From positions 1 to 32,122 of the forward strand of contig JALAGF010000154.1 in NCBI GenBank assembly GCA_030167865.1: DNA of 32,122 nucleotides, in the 5' to 3' direction. Below, in pieces: positions 11,604 to 22,590 of the stretch. Under the pieces are notes generated by a model that did not search any database, was not told where the DNA came from, and saw only the letters and a list, made by a program, of their open reading frames with translations. The translations under genes were made by a program, and so were the position numbers. Positions within the stretch are counted from its first letter, which is position 1; every line of letters begins with the position of its first letter. The stretch comes from Craspedostauros australis. Lineage: Eukaryota.

Positions 11604-12611
11604 ATGACAGACGAATCTGGACAGACCAACAAGAAGCGATCTCGTGATGATGACGAGAAGCTGAAGCAGGAGGCATCTGCTGCTGCTGCTGCCAACGATG
11701 GCAACGATGGTAACGACGGCAATGACGGTGACGACGCCAAAATGGAGACGTCTCAGTCAGAGCCATCGGTCGCGCCGGAAGCAGCCGAGACGGAGGGCGA
11801 AACCAAACGCACGACCATCACGCTGGACGGCGAAATGCCCAAAAAGAAGTTTTACCGCCAACGCGCACACTGCAATCCGCTGTCGCACAACGACTCCTTC
11901 AATTATCCCGTGCGTCCCGACCTCATGGATTGGTCCACGCATTACCCTGGCATAGCGTCAGACAGCCGAACCCCCACGGTCCTCGACATCGGCTGCGGTT
12001 TCGGCGGACTCACCATGGCGCTGGCCAGGCTGCTGCCGGACGAACGCATCCTGGGCATGGAGATCCGCGCCAAGGTCACGGAGTACGTGCGATTGCGCAT
12101 CGTCGCGCATCGTAAGGATCATGCGGGGCAGTACGAGAATGCCAGCGTCATGCGCACCAACTCCATGAAGTACCTCATCAACTACTTTGGCAAGGGCTCC
12201 ATCCACAAGCTCTTCTTCTGCTTCCCCGATCCGCACTTCAAGCGCAAGAATTGGGGACGGCGCATCGTGTCACGGCGATTGCTGTCAGAATACGCATACG
12301 TGCTCAAGCTGCATTCCAAGCTGTACTGCATCACGGACGTCAAGGAGTTGCATGATTGGCATGTGCGGGAGTGCGATGCGCATCCTCTGTTTCGACGGTT
12401 GAGCGATGACCAAACGAACAACGATCCTTGCGTCGAGGCCATGAAGGTGGAGACGGAGGAAGGCAAGAAGGTTGCCCGCAACGGTGGTTCCAAGCACTAC
12501 GCTGTCTATGAACGCATCGAGATGCCGCAGACGGAGCTGACGAGCGTTGATGAATTCTTTCAGCAAGCGCACGAGGATGATCAGTATCCAGCAGAAACCA
12601 AGCAGGAGTAA
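11604..12611 (+). CDS. TRM8: tRNA (guanine-N7)-methyltransferase catalytic subunit (m7G46), eukaryotic TRM8/METTL1 type
   Basis: Motifs KKKFYRQRAHCNPLS, LDIGCGFGGL (SAM motif I), LGMEIR, FFCFPDPHFK, ITDV and TEEGKKV. Single exon; first ATG at 11604. Confidence 0.96.
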   Translation: MTDESGQTNKKRSRDDDEKLKQEASAAAAANDGNDGNDGNDGDDAKMETSQSEPSVAPEAAETEGETKRTTITLDGEMPKKKFYRQRAHCNPLSHNDSFNYPVRPDLMDWSTHYPGIASDSRTPTVLDIGCGFGGLTMALARLLPDERILGMEIRAKVTEYVRLRIVAHRKDHAGQYENASVMRTNSMKYLINYFGKGSIHKLFFCFPDPHFKRKNWGRRIVSRRLLSEYAYVLKLHSKLYCITDVKELHDWHVRECDAHPLFRRLSDDQTNNDPCVEAMKVETEEGKKVARNGGSKHYAVYERIEMPQTELTSVDEFFQQAHEDDQYPAETKQE

Positions 12612-13152
12612 ATCCGTGGACTCTGCAGGTCGTACTCTGTTGCAGTAGAGACAGATAGAGGGACATTCACGAATACTCTCGTGCCATTGTGTGATTAGTT
12701 GAGTATGAGTATAGTACATGCACTTAATGATATCGGTCGAGTGCAGTGGCACAATGATGCATCTGTAATATATTATATGTAAGTTTAGGTTGTTAACCGA
12801 CCACGTGGTCTTGAAGTAATTTAATTCATATTGATGATGTAGCCTGCCCCCATTCCATTGCTGTTGGGTTGCGTCGTGTCGCATTGCGTACCTGCGTGCT
12901 TGCTGTTTCCGTGTCTATTCTATCCCATACCGAGTTGCCGCCGTCCATTCCTCGCTGATCCCGCGGCTATCTTTGCTTGTCCTTTTGTTTTCATTATTCT
13001 GATTGTGATTGTCGTTGTTTGTGGAAGATCATGTATCGGACTTGTGCAAGCAGCAGTACTTGAGGTATCGTGTGCGCCATATTCCTCCATCCGAACTGAT
13101 GCACCATGCGTCTGTACCGCACTGCTCGCGCTGCACTAGGAGAGTACGATGA

Positions 13153-14921
13153 TTACGGAGACATCATCTTGGCCTTCTTGGTCGCCAGCTGACCGCACGC
13201 CGCTGTCTTGTCGTCGCCACGCGTTACCCGCACGTGCGAGAACAGGCCTGCATTCTGGATTCGTTTTTGGAATAGTTGCACGGATTCATCGGTTGGTCGT
13301 GTGTAGAGTTCGTGACCGATGTCATTGAAGGGGATGAGGTTGACGATCAATTTGCATCCCGGCACCTGATCGACGATGACCTTCGAGAATTCGATGAGAT
13401 CATCGGCGCATTCCATGGAGTCGTTGACGCCTGCCATGAGAGCGACCTCGAGCATGATGCTGCGGTGTGAGCTGTTGATCGGTCGTGTGAGGAGGGCGTC
13501 GATGAGGCCTTGGCGCAATTCGGCCATGGAGTACTTCGTGGTGGGCACCAGCCTCTTGCGAAGCTTGTCGTTGACGGCATGGACACTCCATGCCAACGCA
13601 ACTGGCGCCTTAGCGAGCTGGTGGAAGACATCTGGCGATGGACCGACTGTGGAGACGACGACCTTTTTCTGTGACAGCTGGAACAGCTCTCTGGTTGTGA
13701 GAACTTCTGCAGCATTGATCACATTGTCGAGGTTATCTGCGGGTTCTCCCATCCCCATGAAGACGACATTGGAGATCTTTGGCAATCCGTCGAGGCGGGA
13801 GATCTTTTGCGCGTAGAACATCTGGGCCAAAATCTCGTCGGAATTCAAGTTGCGGAGCTTTCCCATGCGTCCAGTAGCGCAGAATGTGCAGCCTGCAGGA
13901 ATTTATCGAAATGTGCATTGCCACAAGAGCAATCATGACATGAGTTTGTGAAAGAGACATAAGAATGAGGATGGAGGTCAGGATTGGGTTGGGTTGACGG
14001 AAGTGCGAGTACCAATATGCTCTTGTTGTTCTGCCACTCATCGATGTAGAGCACGCAGGATGAACACCAAAGAAGACCAATGTAGTCGACCTGCATCAGC
14101 TTGATTCCACTCCGCACGCGGAAAAGCAGCATCTGGAAATACATGTCCGAGTATTAATGGTACGAACAGATCCCACCGTCCAAAAGCGAAGCAACAACAA
14201 ACGTACCTTGACGACAACCAACTTGCGAACTGATGCAGAGAGTGGATCGCTGATCCTTCATGGGGATGATGACAGTCTCGACCTCCAATCCATCTTCCAA
14301 CCGCAGCAGCAGCTTGGTGGTGGAATCGGCAGCCCTTGAGATGTGGCTGAGCTTGGCGACCCCGCCTTCCACCTTGCCGCCGGCGGTGGGGTAGCAGGCT
14401 GCCAGCTTCTCCAACGTAGCATCCCCCAGCAGCTGCCCACGTCGTGACGATGGCAGCATGTTGTAGATGGTCTCGTAGTCATCGTATCCCAACTGAATGA
14501 CGGAGCCAAAGTAGTTGGCAGGATCGATGCCAATGGAGTAGCAATCCCATGCGATCTTGGCACGTCCTGAGCCACCGAGAATGCGTGCCAGTTCATCGAT
14601 CTGCATGGAGAGCGCTCCCTTTGCACGCAGGGGCTTGATGACATCCTCGGTCTTGGTCCTGGCCTTGGCGCTGGGGCTATTTCTCTCTTCTTCAGTGCTA
14701 TCGTCTTCGTCTCTGTGGTTTGCTGACTCTGCAACTTGCTCCAGCGTGCTCATCTGCAGCGGAGAGACATCGCGTGGGGCTCCTGCTGTCACTGACGGTG
14801 ACGATGACGTTGATGGCAGCAATGACAATGACCGTGTTTGGCCGACTGCGAATGCGTCGACGGACGATGCCAAGAGCACCGTTGAGAGTACGGATGATAT
14901 GCAGACCGTTGAGAACTTCAT
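13153..14921 (-). CDS. rlmN: RlmN-family radical-SAM RNA methyltransferase, probably plastid-targeted; ~484 aa, exons 14921-14207 and 13892-13153
   Basis: Splicing the intron at 14206-13893 (GTACGT...CTGCAG, phase 1) restores [20 protein letters not shown], including the CxxxCxxC motif. Also [19 protein letters not shown] and [12 protein letters not shown]. The N-terminus [26 protein letters not shown] is a signal peptide with an ASAFAP-like Phe, followed by a Ser-rich transit region. Confidence 0.92.
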
Positions 14922-15537
14922 GATGATTGGCGCGTTGTTGCTTTCAATTGGATTGCGTTTGCGTTTGCTGATGCTGATTTTGAGAAGGGGTGGCTCCGCT
15001 TGATTTTGTGGGATTTTTCTTCTTTGGGTTGCACTCGGATGATTGTTGCTTGTGTTCCCCCCTTGGGTGTGGTGAGCCATGGGTTGATGTTGGTGAGTTG
15101 GGATGACTTTCTGTCCTTGTTTGGATGGTTGGCTGTCTGCTTTGGTTCTTCGGAACTGTTGTGGCTTTGTGATGCGCGAAGTTTTGTGATGGGCGATGTG
15201 TTCTTCGAAGACTCGATGGATTGGAGCTCGCTCTTTTCATTGGGTACATTCGTGTCTCGTTCATGTCTTACTTGGTGATTGTTGACACATTTGGAGATGT
15301 TGCTGACGTCAGCCAGATGTTTCTCACAGATGACGCCATCCGTTGGACGTGACGTTGCAAAGACGAACCGAACTTCCGCACCCCGCCAGAAATTGGCGTG
15401 AAACACGCGAAGGCGCTTCCGCTCCTGGCGCGAAAGCTCCACCAAACATCCACGAAACCAAGAATGATCGGACGATCCAAACACTCTTTCCCACCCTTTG
15501 CGAACTTGATTGGCATGTTGTGGAGAATATAGTAGAC

Positions 15538-15563
15538 AGAGAGAGAGAGAGAGAGAGAGAGAG
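15538..15563. repeat. (AG)13 microsatellite
   Basis: Perfect dinucleotide run in the divergent rlmN/DnaJ intergenic region. Confidence 0.95.
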
Positions 15564-16419
15564 GCTTAGACCAACAACATGCTGTCGAACGATCTCCATC
15601 TCACATGGTTTGGTCAAGTCGTAGGCATGGGTATCTCGAGATCGTATTGTTTGAAGTGAGACGAATCGAGCAAATCAACCTGAACTCTGCCACACGCTCA
15701 CTCGAATGTCGTGCAAGCTGCTTCTCCGCAATTTCACTGCATTGACATTGTTCGATGATAACCTCCCCTTCATGAGAAACATCTGATGGGCAATGCCAAG
15801 GGGTCTTTCTGATCGCCCTTCCCTCCCATCCGATCAAAACCGCTCTTCTCGTGCGGCCTTCTGTGGTGGTGCTGTTCTTCTTCCAGCAGTGTTGATGAGC
15901 CATCTAGGAATTCCTCTTCGTTGCGGTCCTTTTGGCTTTGTCCGCAACAGTGACTACGAACACAGAGCCTCTGCCGATGGGCATCCTGGCCAAGGAAGCA
16001 GACGTCCACAACTGGACGAGGCCCAAGATGCTCTTGGAGACCATAGTGGTCGCCATTGGTAGTCGTAGTTCGCACGAAGGCGATTGTCTTGCTCACGAGC
16101 TTTGAAACGAGGAAAGAACATCACAATACAGAACACCTCTACATTCGTTCGCAGTAGTCTGTCCTTTCGATTCCATCGCCGAACTCGCAAACGCGAAAAA
16201 TGGCGCAACATCACGTTCTGGACATCTCGCCAACACAAGATTTCGCGGAACGAAACCTCATTCACACAACAAGGAGCGACCAAACAACCCATCAATCACT
16301 CGTTCAACGAAGGAAGCAGACAAGGCATCAAGGCATCAAGCCAACATCGAACAAGAGAAGCGCACTGGGTCAGATCATATTATAGATAACTGTACGAAAA
16401 GGAAGGAAGCACCGCCAGC

Positions 16420-18228
16420 ATGTCCCGAAGAACGCATTACGAGGTGCTGGGAGTCGATCCCAGTGCGGAGCAGGCAGAGATTCGAAAGGCCTACCTCAAG
16501 GCATCCTTGAAGCACCAGTGAGTTACCATACATACAATACGGACTAGTCCATCATTTGCTTTCTCCGGACAACAGACCACTCGTATTGCTCAAACATTCA
16601 GTGGCATCGCATGCCCCAAGGACTCGGCGTAGGCGCATTACGTTGCATTTGTCGTTAGCTGCATCGAGAAATGAAGAAGTCAAACAGTGATGTGTTTTCT
16701 CAGCATGCAGCGTGATGCACCCATGATTCAACGCAATGCGTACGATTTCCGCTGGACGACTCAACTCTATCACACTGCATACTGACCAATTGCTTGTCAC
16801 CAATACCACGTTCAATTGCATGATACAACATCACATACCATTGTATTCTATAATGCACCATGTGCGAACAACAGCCCAGACAAAAATCCCAACGATGTGG
16901 AAGGCGCCAAGGCACGTTTCGTTGAGTGCGGACAGGCGTACGAAGTGCTCAAGGACCCTGCGCAGCGTTCTGCCTACGATCGAGAATTGCGCAGCGGACG
17001 ATCAAGCAACTTTGGCAGACGAACCGGAGGTGGTGGCACGGCCAACCGCGATAACTTCTCATCCGGCTTCTCAGGCGGTGGAGGTGGATACGCATCGTCA
17101 GCGGGAGCATCCAACTCTTCGGGACCACAGTCGGCGTCGTCGGCGGACTACGAGAACTACCGCGACTTCTTCGATGCCAACGTGGCTGGCATGTCGGAGG
17201 CGGAGTTTGCGATGGCGGTCGGGGCCGTCTCTGCGATTGCGAGCGTCGTGGGCAGCATCGTCGGCAGTCGGTTGCTTGGAGGTCAGCAGGAAGGTGCCAG
17301 GCGCAGCGCCGTGTCGGGCGTGCTCACAACTGCGGGGTCCATGGCAGGCAGCATGATCGCATCCAAGTTGGCTGGTGATGCCGTTCAGGCCATCCATCAG
17401 AGCAGCGTCGAACGTGTGACCTACCGGCAGCAATGCAAGCGTGCGGTGGAGATGGGTCAGCCGATGCCGGAACCGCCACGGAAAGCGGAATGGGAACACG
17501 GCCTCGAGCAAGCCCTGGATTCTGTCAAGCGAACCTTCATGGACGGGATCTCGGGCAACAACACTGGCGGCGGTGGCGGAGGAGGAGGAGGAGGCGGCAA
17601 CTTCAGCGCTGGCAATAGCAACAATCAAGGCGCCTACAACAATCAACAGCAACGACAACAGCAGCAACAGCAACAACAACCACAGCAGAACTACCGATCG
17701 GCTGGTCCAACTTCCAACAATCAGAACAGCAGCAACAACAGGAACAAGTACAGTAGCAATAGCAACAACGGTGGTGGTGCTCGTGCGAGCGGATCGACGA
17801 ATGGCAAAGGAGCGTTCGGTGGCATGCAGGACGAGTTTGAAAGGAATGTAAAGAACGCTCAAGAAGATGCCGCCAAGGCCGCAGCAAAGCAATTTGCAGG
17901 AAGTATGTGGCAGTCAGCAACCGGCGGCAATTCCAACAACAAGAAGAACAGAGGCAGCCAACAGCAGCAATACCAGAACAATCGATCGGCTGGTTCCAAT
18001 TACAACAGCGGCAATCAAGGCAATGGCCGATCGAACGGATCCAGAACCGGGAATGGTGGAGGAATGTTTGGTGGCATGCAACAAGAGTTTGAAAGGAACG
18101 TGCAGGAGGCCCAAGAGGAGGCTGCCAAGGCCGCAGCAAAGCAATTCATGGGAAGCATGTGGAAGTCGACCAAGGATGGAGTGCGCAACAGCACATCTGG
18201 TGCGAATGCAGGTGGATACAGAAGGTGA
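16420..18228 (+). CDS. J-domain (DnaJ/Hsp40-family) protein with Gly-rich linker, Gly/Ala hydrophobic segments and duplicated Q/N/G-rich tail; ~483 aa, exons 16420-16517 and 16875-18228
   Basis: Exon 1 (too short for the ORF track) reads MSRRTHYEVLGVDPSAEQAEIRKAYLKASLKH. A phase-2 intron at 16518-16874 (GTGAGT...ACAG) restores HHPDKNP, followed by AKARFVECGQAYEVLKDPAQRSAYD. Confidence 0.92.
17660..18180 (+). repeat. Intragenic tandem duplication (~250-290 bp unit) in the J-protein C-terminus
   Basis: FGGMQDEFERNVKNAQEDAAKAAAKQFAGSMWQS vs FGGMQQEFERNVQEAQEEAAKAAAKQFMGSMWKS (GGCATGCA at 17821 and 18073). Each copy is preceded by QQQ..RSAG. Confidence 0.9.
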
Positions 18229-18599
18229 TGAGAGCATACCCTGATTTATTATGATATCGTGCTGAATGCGGCACTTGGCACAGCAACAGGCAGTGCAAAA
18301 AAAAAAATGGAGATACGTATGCAGAGTCACACACGAGGGGCGCGTGGGCATGGTCTCAGACAGTACTTGTGGCGCTCACTGAGAAAATTAGATCACAGCA
18401 TTCCATTCGACACTACCAACCCCAACGTCACGGCAACTTTCCGGAACAAATGCGCAGCAGAACACACGCCGTCACACATGAAGCTGATTGAGCATGAACA
18501 CATGAAGATTGGATACAACAATACAAATACTATTAATACTAATATTCAACGCTCCACTCTACCATACATACGAGTAGAATACGCCATTAGATTCGCCCG

Positions 18600-21500
18600 T
18601 CAATCATCGTCTCGCCGAAATGCCCGCCCGAGAATGCCCCACTCATTGCGCCCCGGCTCCTGGCGATCATCCGGCCGTTCAAACCATCCACCGAATCGGC
18701 TCTGGCCCCGTCTGCCAGATTTGCCACGAGATGAGGACCACAACGAACGTCCCGATTTGCCCGAGTTCCGTCTTCCCGTCGCGCTCTTGCGATTCCCCCT
18801 GTTGGAACCTCTCTGTGACGACGAGGATGTTCTGCGATTGCGTGACTTGGGGCCTTTCTTGCTCGCACCACTGGCACCCCTGGAAGCTGATCGCCGACTT
18901 GGCTTGCCATCTTTCATGCGCCCACGCTCCTGGACTTCATCGCGGAACTGTCCCAGACGACCAAAGAGCTCGGATACCCATGACGGCCAGATAATGGTAA
19001 CAACAGCTGTGGTGATGGCGACGAAGGAGGGTGAGATGGTGTAGACGGCGCCCACGAGGTTCACGAGGATCAAGGAAGCGAGAATGGTTCTAATCCTCCG
19101 ACCCCAAACACCCCGTTCCTTCGTCAAGACATCGCCTCGCACGCCACGGACCAATTCCTTCCATGTCTGCCCATCGCCCTTGGCGATGGATTTGTATGCA
19201 TTGCGACATGTGCGACGGAACCAGTACCACACATCGTACACTGTCTGGATGACGCGATATCGCGACTTGCCCTTGCGGCCTCTTCTCAACGATTTCTCTT
19301 CGACCAGCCAAGCGGTACGCAACGTGGCCAACACTCTGCGGCCGACCTCGTTTTCCTGTTCCCACCGATCGAATTTCACCTTGCCGGCTTGGAATCGCGC
19401 ATTCCAGGCATCCATCTTATCCTGGATCTTGAACTTGCCATCCAGTTCTTCGTACGTCTTGTAGTACTGGTACGACAGCTGCCCGGTCTTGTACAAGAAC
19501 CAAATGGTCGAAAAGGTGTCGTACGCCCTGATGTAGAGATCGGTCAATCGACGTCCGCTGCCGACAAGCAAACGTCCCAAGGCATTGTCAGGCGTTGTCT
19601 TGGGTCTGCCACCGTTGTTCGGATTCGGCTCGCCCAGATTGTTCGTAATGTCGTATCCGTACATGGCCCCGGCCAACAACCCGACAAGCCAGAGGTTGGG
19701 CAGCAAGGTCGTTGCCATGATGGTTCCAAACAGCGCGCTTGAGATAACCGTCCCTCGCTGCAAATCCTTGTCCTGCATCTTTCGTGGTTGCGGAAAAGCG
19801 ACGGCCTTGGAACGCTTCCCGCTTTCGTCAGCGGATCTTTCTGTCGCCATCCCGTTGCCATTGCTGGATGGAGCCACAGGCAGCATGGATAAGTGATGGA
19901 AGTTCCCGTTGCTTGTGAACTTCCCGGTGGTGGAATCGAACACCTGGCCGTATCCTCTCTGTTCCAAGATGGCCTCCAGGTATGACATCGTGATTGTATC
20001 GTTCGGTCCGAGCTTGGGCAACGCCGTCATTTGCACGGGCGGGCTTTGTGGCTGCGCGGCATCTCCAGGGCTCTTCAACGATGGCTTCTTCGTCTTCGTG
20101 ATTGGCTTGTACGACAGACTCTCCAAGAGGCTGCCGGCATTGGCCGATATCACACCCGTGTCGAAATACGGCAACGCGTACGCTGTCGACGCAAAGTATA
20201 TCTTGGACGGGTCCGTGGACTTTGATGTCTTGAATTTGGTGCCCCCACCTTGGGCGTACGTTGTTTGATTGACTCCGAGCAACCTGTCAACAGCATGAGA
20301 AGCCGATGACATCTGCTCTGCTTCATTTGTAGGGGGCGCCTGCAACAGCTCTGGGACCTCGTTTGGTTTGTCACCATGCTTGTGAATATATTGGTGATGA
20401 TGATGATGATGACGCAGTGATCTCCGTTTGCCGCGGAGGAGAAGCTTCAAACCCCTTGCTCTGTCACGTACCATCACATGCGGTCGTAGGAAGCTGCTGA
20501 TGCGTTTGGTGCTGGTTTCGGTTGCTGTCGACGCATCAGTTGCTGGTGGACGTGTCGCTGTCGAGTATTTGGATGATCCTGTGAGTCCCAACGAATACCG
20601 CTGGGACGCGTGCATAGGGTATTTTCCGTTTGCCTCGCCGGAAGTTGAATTGCCAAGTGTGTTGGACGCGGCTGACGTATCATTCGCTGCCAAATGACCA
20701 TCGAGTGCTGCCGTTTGATTGAACGTGACAAAGGGCGATCCTGGCTGTACAGACTGTGCGATGACATCCATAATCTGCTTCACGGCAGCATCATCCAACC
20801 CTCCAGATGATCGTAGAAGAGGTTCAAGATCATCCACCAGCACCATGGGCGGTATTTGGAAGGACGAGGATACGTTGTTCGCATTCAACGAGGCGTTCAG
20901 CAAGTACATCATGCCAGATACTGACGACAGAGCGCTCTCCACGATGGGCAACGATGATGCATTCAATGATGGGATTTTGTAAGGTCCGATGGAGAAGAAG
21001 GCATCATCGCCGTTGCCACTCTGCTCGGCTGCGGTGAAGTTTTTGAATATGATGCTCTGCGTTTGATCGATAGTCCTGCCGAGTGACTCGATGAGATCGT
21101 TGTCCGCTGGCCAGTACTCATAGATCGTGCTGTCCCACGGGCTGGAGCCATTCTTGACATTGGACACGTTCGTTTCGTTCGCTCCATTCGTCTCGTTCGG
21201 TTCAGACGTCCCATCATCGGATGAAGAAGGAAAGGAGGAATTTGAATGGTTGGATGGCTCTATTGCGACCATGGTTTGAACCTCATCTGCGGATCTTGGA
21301 ACGTAGCTTGGCTTGAAGGAATCAAACTTGTTCTTGATCCTGCCAAACGCGGATTGGAGCGGCCCTCGTCGGCTATTCTTCAACACGTTGCTCTGGCTGT
21401 CACCTTCCGTGCTTAATTCGGTTGCTGTTGTTGATGACGCTGCCATATGTGCGTTGGTGTTGTTGGAATTGTTGGAAGTGTTCGTGATGATGCTCTCATC

Positions 21501-21719
21501 CGTCGGAGCGATGGAACCAAGCAACGCATTTCCGGACGGTTTCACGGTTTGATGCCTGGGCATTGCGACGAACCCATGTGATGTTTGGAAGGGCATGCAG
21601 AGCAGGAAGCATGACATCACCATCGCCACCCCTGCTGTGCATTTCCGCGCCTTCTTTCGCTTGCCACCACCCGAGGCGAACGCCAACTTGGCAGAGCCAT
21701 TCTCTCGTTGCAGCAGCAT
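18600..21719 (-). CDS. Uncharacterised 1039-aa membrane protein, probably plastid-targeted
   Basis: Uninterrupted 3.1-kb ORF. The hydrophobic stretch AGVAMVMSCFLLCMPFQTSHG-FVA resembles a signal peptide with +1 Phe. It has a low-complexity middle, TM pairs (GTVISSALFGTIMATTLLPNLWLVGLLAGAMYG; ILASLILVNLVGAVYTISPSFVAITTAVVTIIWPSW) and an Arg/Ser-rich tail. I recognise no family. Confidence 0.8.
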   Translation of the reverse strand: MLLQRENGSAKLAFASGGGKRKKARKCTAGVAMVMSCFLLCMPFQTSHGFVAMPRHQTVKPSGNALLGSIAPTDESIITNTSNNSNNTNAHMAASSTTATELSTEGDSQSNVLKNSRRGPLQSAFGRIKNKFDSFKPSYVPRSADEVQTMVAIEPSNHSNSSFPSSSDDGTSEPNETNGANETNVSNVKNGSSPWDSTIYEYWPADNDLIESLGRTIDQTQSIIFKNFTAAEQSGNGDDAFFSIGPYKIPSLNASSLPIVESALSSVSGMMYLLNASLNANNVSSSFQIPPMVLVDDLEPLLRSSGGLDDAAVKQIMDVIAQSVQPGSPFVTFNQTAALDGHLAANDTSAASNTLGNSTSGEANGKYPMHASQRYSLGLTGSSKYSTATRPPATDASTATETSTKRISSFLRPHVMVRDRARGLKLLLRGKRRSLRHHHHHHQYIHKHGDKPNEVPELLQAPPTNEAEQMSSASHAVDRLLGVNQTTYAQGGGTKFKTSKSTDPSKIYFASTAYALPYFDTGVISANAGSLLESLSYKPITKTKKPSLKSPGDAAQPQSPPVQMTALPKLGPNDTITMSYLEAILEQRGYGQVFDSTTGKFTSNGNFHHLSMLPVAPSSNGNGMATERSADESGKRSKAVAFPQPRKMQDKDLQRGTVISSALFGTIMATTLLPNLWLVGLLAGAMYGYDITNNLGEPNPNNGGRPKTTPDNALGRLLVGSGRRLTDLYIRAYDTFSTIWFLYKTGQLSYQYYKTYEELDGKFKIQDKMDAWNARFQAGKVKFDRWEQENEVGRRVLATLRTAWLVEEKSLRRGRKGKSRYRVIQTVYDVWYWFRRTCRNAYKSIAKGDGQTWKELVRGVRGDVLTKERGVWGRRIRTILASLILVNLVGAVYTISPSFVAITTAVVTIIWPSWVSELFGRLGQFRDEVQERGRMKDGKPSRRSASRGASGASKKGPKSRNRRTSSSSQRGSNRGNRKSATGRRNSGKSGRSLWSSSRGKSGRRGQSRFGGWFERPDDRQEPGRNEWGILGRAFRRDDD

Positions 21720-21843
21720 TTTCTGCTGTCGTCACGTGATGTGGCAGTATCGTATCGTGGAATTTGTCTGAGTCTGCGGTGCAGGTATTATATATGACTT
21801 GCTTCAAGTCGGCGTGCATCGAACACTGCGGTTGTGCCTTTCG

Positions 21844-21978
21844 TATGAGTATGGGTATGAGTATGGGTATGAGTATGGGTATGAGTATGGGTATGAGTAT
21901 GGGTATGAGTATGGGTATGAGTATGGGTATGAGTATGAGTATGAGTATGGGTGTGGGCGTGGGCGTGGGTGTGGGTGT
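21844..21978 (+). repeat. Hexamer/dodecamer minisatellite (TATGAGTATGGG)x7 grading into (TATGAG)n and (YGTGGG)n
   Basis: Seven exact 12-bp units at 21844-21927, then TATGAG x3, TATGGG, TGTGGG, CGTGGG, CGTGGG, TGTGGG. Confidence 0.95.
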
Positions 21979-22415
21979 CAGTCTGGTTGTGGTTGTGTTG
22001 CGCCAGTCTCGATGACCGCGTCGGCGTCGGAGGCTGGACGGAAAATGAGGAAAAGCCGCCGACGCCGACGCTGACGCCTCTGTTGATGTGGCATCAGTAC
22101 CTCCTTCAGCTTCTCTTTGAGGTTGTTTTGGGTACGCATTTCTTCGTGTTCTTTGTCGCAGTTGATGTTTGGCGATGTGTCCATTCAAGCTTCCATGACT
22201 GGATGACGTAAGTATGATGTCATGAAGGAGATTCGTAGGCTTTGAACGGATATAGACATCGTCACAATCAACACCGAAGTCGGATCGATGAACGGATCAT
22301 ATCAGCAACAAAGACATAACTTGCGCCAGTAGAGCAGGCGGCACTGACCAAGACTGATTGGGACCACAGCTACTGAATCGTATTGCATGACATAACATCC
22401 TCTAACATATAATAT

Positions 22416-22590
22416 GACCCGTGTGAGCGAAAAGCGGTGCGGTCCATCCAGAATGCATTTTGGCCCAAGCTTGTACGGCCCCTCATAAAAATCAAAACCT
22501 ACATTTATATACTTTATCATGCTGGTAACATCATTCAGGTGTTAGATGGTGAGTCCAGGCCTTAGTTATAAAATTATAAGGGTGGCAGTT
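22416..22590 (+). repeat. Left terminal inverted repeat (imperfect, ~170 bp)
   Basis: 36-bp core, then ATTTTGG, TATATACTTTATCATGCT (22506-22523) and TTATAAAATTATAAGG (22566-22581), each with an inverted counterpart at the right end. Confidence 0.8.

Noticed and set aside
11604-14921. Two RNA methyltransferase genes (TRM8 and rlmN) adjacent tail-to-tail as a functional cluster
   Set aside because: They have unrelated folds, probably act in different compartments (nucleus vs plastid) and share no promoter. Adjacency is likely chance unless synteny is conserved.
15601-16389. Small ORFs between rlmN and the J-protein gene
   Set aside because: Short, overlapping on both strands and lacking motifs, so treated as divergent promoter/UTR sequence.
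21844-21978. Interstitial telomere or CRISPR-like array
   Set aside because: The units are TATGAG/TATGGG rather than TTAGGG, and there are no unique spacers or cas genes.
21496-22188. ORFs with (ILIP)n, (MSMG)n or (YEYG)n repeats
   Set aside because: They are stop-free translations of the minisatellite, with no other coding evidence.
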